A DNA stretch of 64,000 nt from contig NW_003314344.1 in the NCBI RefSeq assembly GCF_000143415.4, positions 256,336 through 320,335 of the forward strand, written 5' to 3'. A program made the translations under genes and the position numbers. The DNA is from Selaginella moellendorffii. Its lineage: Eukaryota; Plantae; Lycopodiophyta. Each line of letters starts with the position of its first letter. The stretch's first letter is position 1. Below the pieces are notes generated by a model. The model was not told the DNA's origin. It saw nothing but the letters and a program-made list of their open reading frames with translations, and searched no databases. Positions 62,128 through 64,000 of the stretch are shown in pieces.

Positions 62128-63008
62128 ATGGATTCAGCGAGTTTGTGGAGGCTCATCGTCTTGCTGCTCGCAGCAGTGGATGTTGCTCGTTGCAGATTCC
62201 ATGCGTATGCACGAGGCTGGCAATTGGCAACCGCGACTTGGTATGGAAGTCCCAGCGGTGCTGGAACTGATGGTATGCGAGGAAATCTCTCTCCAATCAT
62301 TCTTCTTCTCTTTCTTGCAGTGATCAATGCCTTCGTTTTCCTTTGTCTCTTGCATTTCCAGGAGGAGCTTGTGGCTATGGTGAACTCCCGAACACTCCCT
62401 ACGGCCTCGATGTTGGTGCTGGGAGCCCCGTCCTGTTCAAGAATGGCAGAGGCTGTGGTGCATGCTACAAGGTATGAGAGATTTGGATTTCCTTCCCAAC
62501 CCCTTCCAAAAGAATTCATGTTCTTCGTTTTTGGCTTGGATTGCACAGGTGAGGTGCTTGCAGCAGCAGCTCTGCTCCGGCAAAGCCGTGACGGTGGTGA
62601 TCACAGACGAGTGTCCCGGTGGCTACTGCGCGTTTGGGAGGACGCATTTCGACCTCAGTGGCACGGCATTTGGAAGAATGGCGATGGCCGGAAGAACAAA
62701 CCAGCTGTTGGGATCAGGAGTTATGCAAGTCCTCTACAAGAGGTAATAGTTAAAAAGAGTTCATGGCCAACTTCTCCTGACCCTTTAACAAATTTTGCAG
62801 GGTCGATTGTAACTATGGCTCCAGGCCCATGGAATTCCAAGTCAACGAAGGATCCACACCATTTTGGTTGTCCATTCTCGTTCGCTACGCAGCGGGACCT
62901 GGAGATTTGGGTCATGTCGAGCTCATGCAGGTAGATAAACATGCCTTTCTTCACTTCTTTTTCTTTCTCTCTCTCTCTTAGCTTACACTGACGAAACGAA
63001 TTGTTTGT

Positions 63009-63048
<40 letters not shown>

Positions 63049-63265
63049 CACACACACACACACACAACAGGCTGGGTCTCGAGTTTGGCAGCCAATGACT
63101 CAGGTGTGGGGCGCAACATGGTGTTTCAATGGCGGTCCTCTGAGGGGCCCTTTCTCGTTTCGAGTCACGACTCTGTCAACCTCGGAAACAGTCGTGGCTC
63201 GAAACGTGATTCCAAGGAACTGGGCTTCCAACACTTGCTATCGCTCCAGGGTCAACTTTAGATGA
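62128..63265 (+). CDS. EXPB: Beta-expansin; exons 62128-62272, 62362-62471, 62549-62742, 62801-62930, 63071-63265
   Basis: Signal peptide; [15 protein letters not shown]|GGACGYG; GRGCGACYK; [10 protein letters not shown]; [10 protein letters not shown]; [12 protein letters not shown]; VIPRNW. Confidence 0.96.
63009..63066. repeat. (CT)n(CA)n microsatellite forming the 3' end of expansin intron 4
   Basis: Directly visible. Confidence 0.95.
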
Positions 63266-63789
63266 TCTTCTTGGAATCGATCATAACGTATAGATTTCTA
63301 CACACCTTGTCCCACCATGAAAGCCGAAGTTTCCAAAGGGTGGGATGAGATTAAATACAAATCATCCATCTTTGTCTGGTGGAAACTAAAAGAGAGATTT
63401 TGTGTTGATCTCACATAAAAGAAAAAAGAACTTGTTCAAGGACGAATGAGAGCTGCGAACAAATCAATTCAGCGACTGGAAAGAAAACTCTATCCATTCC
63501 ATCAGCTCTGCTGTTCGCTAATCATCTCACCAACATGCGTGTCAACAATTCAATCTCTCGCATGGAAACCACATCATGCCAGCCACAAAAAATCATTTTA
63601 CAAAAGGCTGACGACAACGTACATCCAAAGCAAAGTCAGGACGGAAGCATCTATCAAGCTACTCGGTGTCCAAAGCAGCAACGAGAAAAGAAAGAAAGAA
63701 AGAAAGAAAAGAAGGAAGGACAAAGAGAGCCAACCTTGGAGAAGAGCAGCTATGGCGGGGCTGGCTGGCTGGCTGGCCGGACACGATCC

Positions 63790-64000
63790 TTAGCTGGTGG
63801 GCTTTTGTTGTGGCTTGCTAGTTGCAAGCTCCAGAAGATAGGAGATGCCCTGCGTCCAGATCTTGTGCTCGTAGTCACTCCGACACTCGAATTCCTCGAG
63901 CTCTGCCGTGTTCGTCTTGACTCCAAAGTATCGCCGCTGTTCTCCGTTTTCCAGGAGTGATCGCCCAGGCCAGGCTGGGATCTCTGTGTAGACGTCCACA
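63790..64000 (-). CDS. FKD1/VAB-like: 3' end of VAN3-binding protein / FORKED-like gene (plant PH-like domain); runs off the window
   Basis: IPAWPGRSLLENGEQRRYFGVKT..EFECRS..IWTQGISYLL. Confidence 0.88.
   Translation of the reverse strand, partial: VDVYTEIPAWPGRSLLENGEQRRYFGVKTNTAELEEFECRSDYEHKIWTQGISYLLELATSKPQQKPTS

Overview
Eukaryotic plant genomic DNA. It is gene-dense with ~50-70 nt introns, an intronless PLS-class PPR gene and ~120-bp divergent promoters. These features fit the lycophyte Selaginella (probably S. moellendorffii), which is an inference. Bases 1-10.6 kb are an AT-rich stretch of decayed LTR-retrotransposons with two assembly gaps. Genes that follow: mitochondrial phosphate carrier, IDD C2H2 zinc-finger TF behind an ~8-kb non-coding region, NSI/SNAT acetyltransferase, RHIP1-like, two duplicated thaumatin-like genes separated by a 5-kb Ty3/gypsy element, WRN-type exonuclease, GPAT, a small basic protein, class A HSF, a second near-intact gypsy copy nested in the LTR of an older copy, LFR, PPR, GDSL lipase, R3H/SUZ protein, an orphan ORF with a fungal-like signature, beta-expansin and the 3' end of a FORKED/VAB gene. 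Signals read by hand that the ORF track misses: (1) a 4-exon secreted 8-Cys peptide gene with an RRLL processing site (36186-36683), upstream of a minimal 6-Cys thaumatin; (2) a C/D snoRNA complementary to 18S rRNA plus a decayed twin, in a probable 3'-UTR intron; (3) a G_GGA_AAC slippery site plus H-type pseudoknot (-1 frameshift signal) between gag and pol, and a tRNA-Ala-like primer site; (4) a triplicated promoter unit carrying W-box/TGACG elements, and a micro-inversion between the thaumatin duplicates.
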